Assembly: GCA_024704765.1 (NCBI GenBank)
Contig: JAKMXF010000338.1
Span: forward strand, 69,133-133,132
Direction: 5' to 3'
Length of the DNA: 64,000 nt
From: Oopsacas minuta
Taxonomy: Eukaryota; Animalia; Porifera
Part shown: positions 61,620 through 64,000 of the stretch, in pieces
Numbering within the stretch: position 1 is the first letter of the stretch
Layout of the letters: every line of letters begins with the position of its first letter
Position numbers and translations under genes: made by a program
The notes under the pieces: generated by a model
Databases searched by the model: none
Seen by the model: the letters and a program-made list of their open reading frames with translations, nothing else
What the model was told of the DNA's origin: nothing

Positions 61620-61620
61620 N
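61620..61620. other. Assembly ambiguity or gap (N)
   Basis: Literal n; the MITE does not continue beyond it. Confidence 0.85.
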
Positions 61621-62595
61621 AAGCAAACAACTTGAAGGCAACAATGATTTGAAATGTTTGATGGTGGATATAGGTGTTAAAAATGTCGTTTGGCAAATAG
61701 ACACGTTTTAACAGCTGCCGGCGCATGTAACAATGACCGAACCTTTTTAGGCTTATGGCATTGAAATTCTGATCCTAGAACAAATTTTCCCTGAAGTCAT
61801 GGTCCTATAGTGGACTATAATCCCATAGAAGATTGGCCATCAGGACCATTTTTCGCAGAGTGATTTTCCAATGACAGGTCTATTGAAGGGGAATCATATT
61901 AATCAATCAATTAGCATGATCCTCGCCCTTTCAATCTCAACGACCCATTTTATGATTTATAAGTTACAAACCACAGAGCTATAATCTATACTTTTATTCC
62001 CTAAATGCCGGTATAGATCCCAAATTCATACATAAACAATTTTGTCATGGAATTTCTGTTAGTACCAATATTTTTTCCTATCTTAAATTGTTCCCCAAGA
62101 CCACTATCGGGAGTGACCTACTATTTGGTTTCGCACAGCCATTGCCGGACCACTTTTTAATTGGTCTTATGAATTATCAATGTGTATAGGGCCTATTGAA
62201 CAGTATTGTTTGGCCAGACCAGTTTTATAGGAATCTAAGCTCAGGTAGGACCACTATTGAGAACGGTGCGACGCTCCTGGATAATACGTATTCCTAACGA
62301 AATATTTTGTGAATTGGCATTTATAAAATGAACATACTCTTCATGGTGATTTGTAAATCGACAAAAAAACATTTAAGGTAAAAAGAGAGTCCAATGACCT
62401 ATTCAACCATATTAACACATGATAATCAAAGTTGTTTTCGATCTGTGATGGTGATTTGTGTAAAGAAAGCCTCCATTTATACACTAGGCAATTTAGATTC
62501 AGCACACAATTAAAGATGATGTGATGTATAAAATGGTATAGCCTATCATAGGTTATCTAGATTGAATGTCAATTACTGACTGTGTTACGAGGGGA

Positions 62596-62896
62596 CAGTG
62601 GCAGATCCAGGAATCTCTGGTTGGGGGCATATCAACCCAACTGGGGGTCTGGGGGCTCTGTAAGCCCCCCAGTGGGGACAAGGGGCGAAGCCCTGGCCAC
62701 CCAACTAATTGCAATTTCATGTGAATTCTATTCTATTCTCACAAATTGAAGGTCTTTCCTATATTCCACTTGTATCCAGTTTAGATTACTATATTTAATT
62801 TATATGATCTAATAGCGTATGCGCGTATAGAAAATATCTGTAAAATAATTCATTGAGTATAGAATATAAAAATCTAAAATCTAAATTACGGTACCA
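62596..62896 (-). mobile_element. 3' end of the hAT family at 34457-37564
   Basis: CAGTGGCAGATCCAGG terminus; 62660-62895 closely matches 34457-34695 in the same orientation. Confidence 0.85.
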
Positions 62897-62898
62897 TC

Positions 62899-64000
62899 CA
62901 GGGTGTCCAGTAATTATTGATACCTTCATAAATTGTTACAAGTTTCAAAAACTACACACCATTTGTTCATTTCATTTACCTATATAATCTCATTCTAATT
63001 CTATGCATTTAGCAATTCTATTCGGCATGCCTACTATTAAAATTTCTTGGAGCGAAGAATGTAAGTTAGACCAAGCATTTTTCAGAAGAAATATAAAGTC
63101 TTGAAGGTTGTTCGGCTGGGGTGCTTCCTCAAGCTTCTGCTTCAGTATTGCCCAAAGATTTTCGATGGGTTCAGGTCTGGCGAATTACTTGGCCACACTT
63201 CTTTCTGCCAAAAATTACTTAAGAGTTTATAACAAGATTCTTGCGAAAATCTTGGCCCTGTGAGATGGAGCGCCATCTTGCATGAATATCGATTTCAACG
63301 GGTCTGGAAGCATTCTCTTCTGCAAGATATTTCCTGTCTTTCTTTTGCATTTAATTGCATCTTTACAGGTTTTGTCCAATATCTCATCCGTAGAATAGGC
63401 GGCATTTATATTTTGTTTAGGAGGTATTATGTGCAATTCAGAGACTGCTTGATAGCTTATCATGCCCCACACCATGACTCTTTGAGGAAATTTTACTGTT
63501 TGCTGAGGGGGCAAATTTGCTGAACTCTTTGCCCAAATTCGGTCATTTTGATGGTTGGAAGGATGAAAAAGTTCAAATGGAAACTTATCACTCCAAAGAA
63601 TGCATTTCCAATCATCCACTGACCAATTTCGATATTTTTGGCAGAACAAAAGTCTGTTTTCCTTATGTTTTGGTCTCAATTTCGGTTGTTTGGGCCTTTT
63701 GAAGGGTTGAGCGCCAATAGACTTCTTCAAATAAGAGTGTACAGTACTTTTCGAAATAGAATGTCCTTTAGATTCGAATTTTGCACTCACTTCCTTATGG
63801 ACTGATGTCTTTTTCCCAACGACATTGATATTATGATCTTTGCAACTGGATTCAATTTTGGCGGCCTTCCTGCACTAGGTCTATGATGGAGACTCTGGTT
63901 ATTGATATGGCGTTTCCATCACCTTTTAATAATGGCAATTCCCTTAGCAAGACCATTAGGCACATCTTCCTGTGCCATGCCGCCTTCTATCATACCAATT
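62899..64000 (-). mobile_element. DD37E (TRT-like) element running off the window end
   Basis: End CAGGGTGTCCAG; ORF 63227-63790 (ILWSDKFPFELFH, RVMVWGMIS, FMQDGAPSH), then frameshifted WPSNSPDLNP.ENLW; HTH region GRPPKL near 63870. Confidence 0.88.

Noticed and set aside
60872-62896. One complete hAT bounded by 60872 and 62596-62896
   Set aside because: Both termini point in the same direction and an N lies between them, so they are separate partial copies.

Overview
AT-rich eukaryotic (animal-like; species not identifiable from sequence alone) DNA made almost entirely of nested, mostly decayed cut-and-paste transposons. Families present: Tc1 (DD34E), maT (DD37D), TRT-like (DD37E), mariner (DD34D), pogo (DD30D), several hAT families, a THAP/P element, PIF/Harbinger, piggyBac, Merlin and two different Transib/RAG1-like elements. 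There is also a ~915-bp foldback MITE family, a ~60-bp repeat array and one LINE 3' fragment. The highlight is a complete 2,922-bp RAG1-like (Transib) transposon at 28871-31792. It has a perfect 5-bp TSD (CATCT), both ends start with the V(D)J RSS heptamer CACAGTG, and a second conserved block (ATTAGCCAAATT) sits 23 bp from the heptamer at one end and 14 bp at the other. Its disrupted transposase has a segment resembling the RAG1 nonamer-binding domain. A second RAG1-like remnant (1690-6301) ends in a CTT*-like Cys/His motif. Also notable: an intact hAT with an 820-aa ORF and perfect 8-bp TSD, and a caspase pseudogene (THG...QACRG) missed by the ORF track. No rRNA, tRNA or CRISPR array is supported. 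Family assignments come from motif recognition by eye and reference sequences recalled from memory; no database searches were run.
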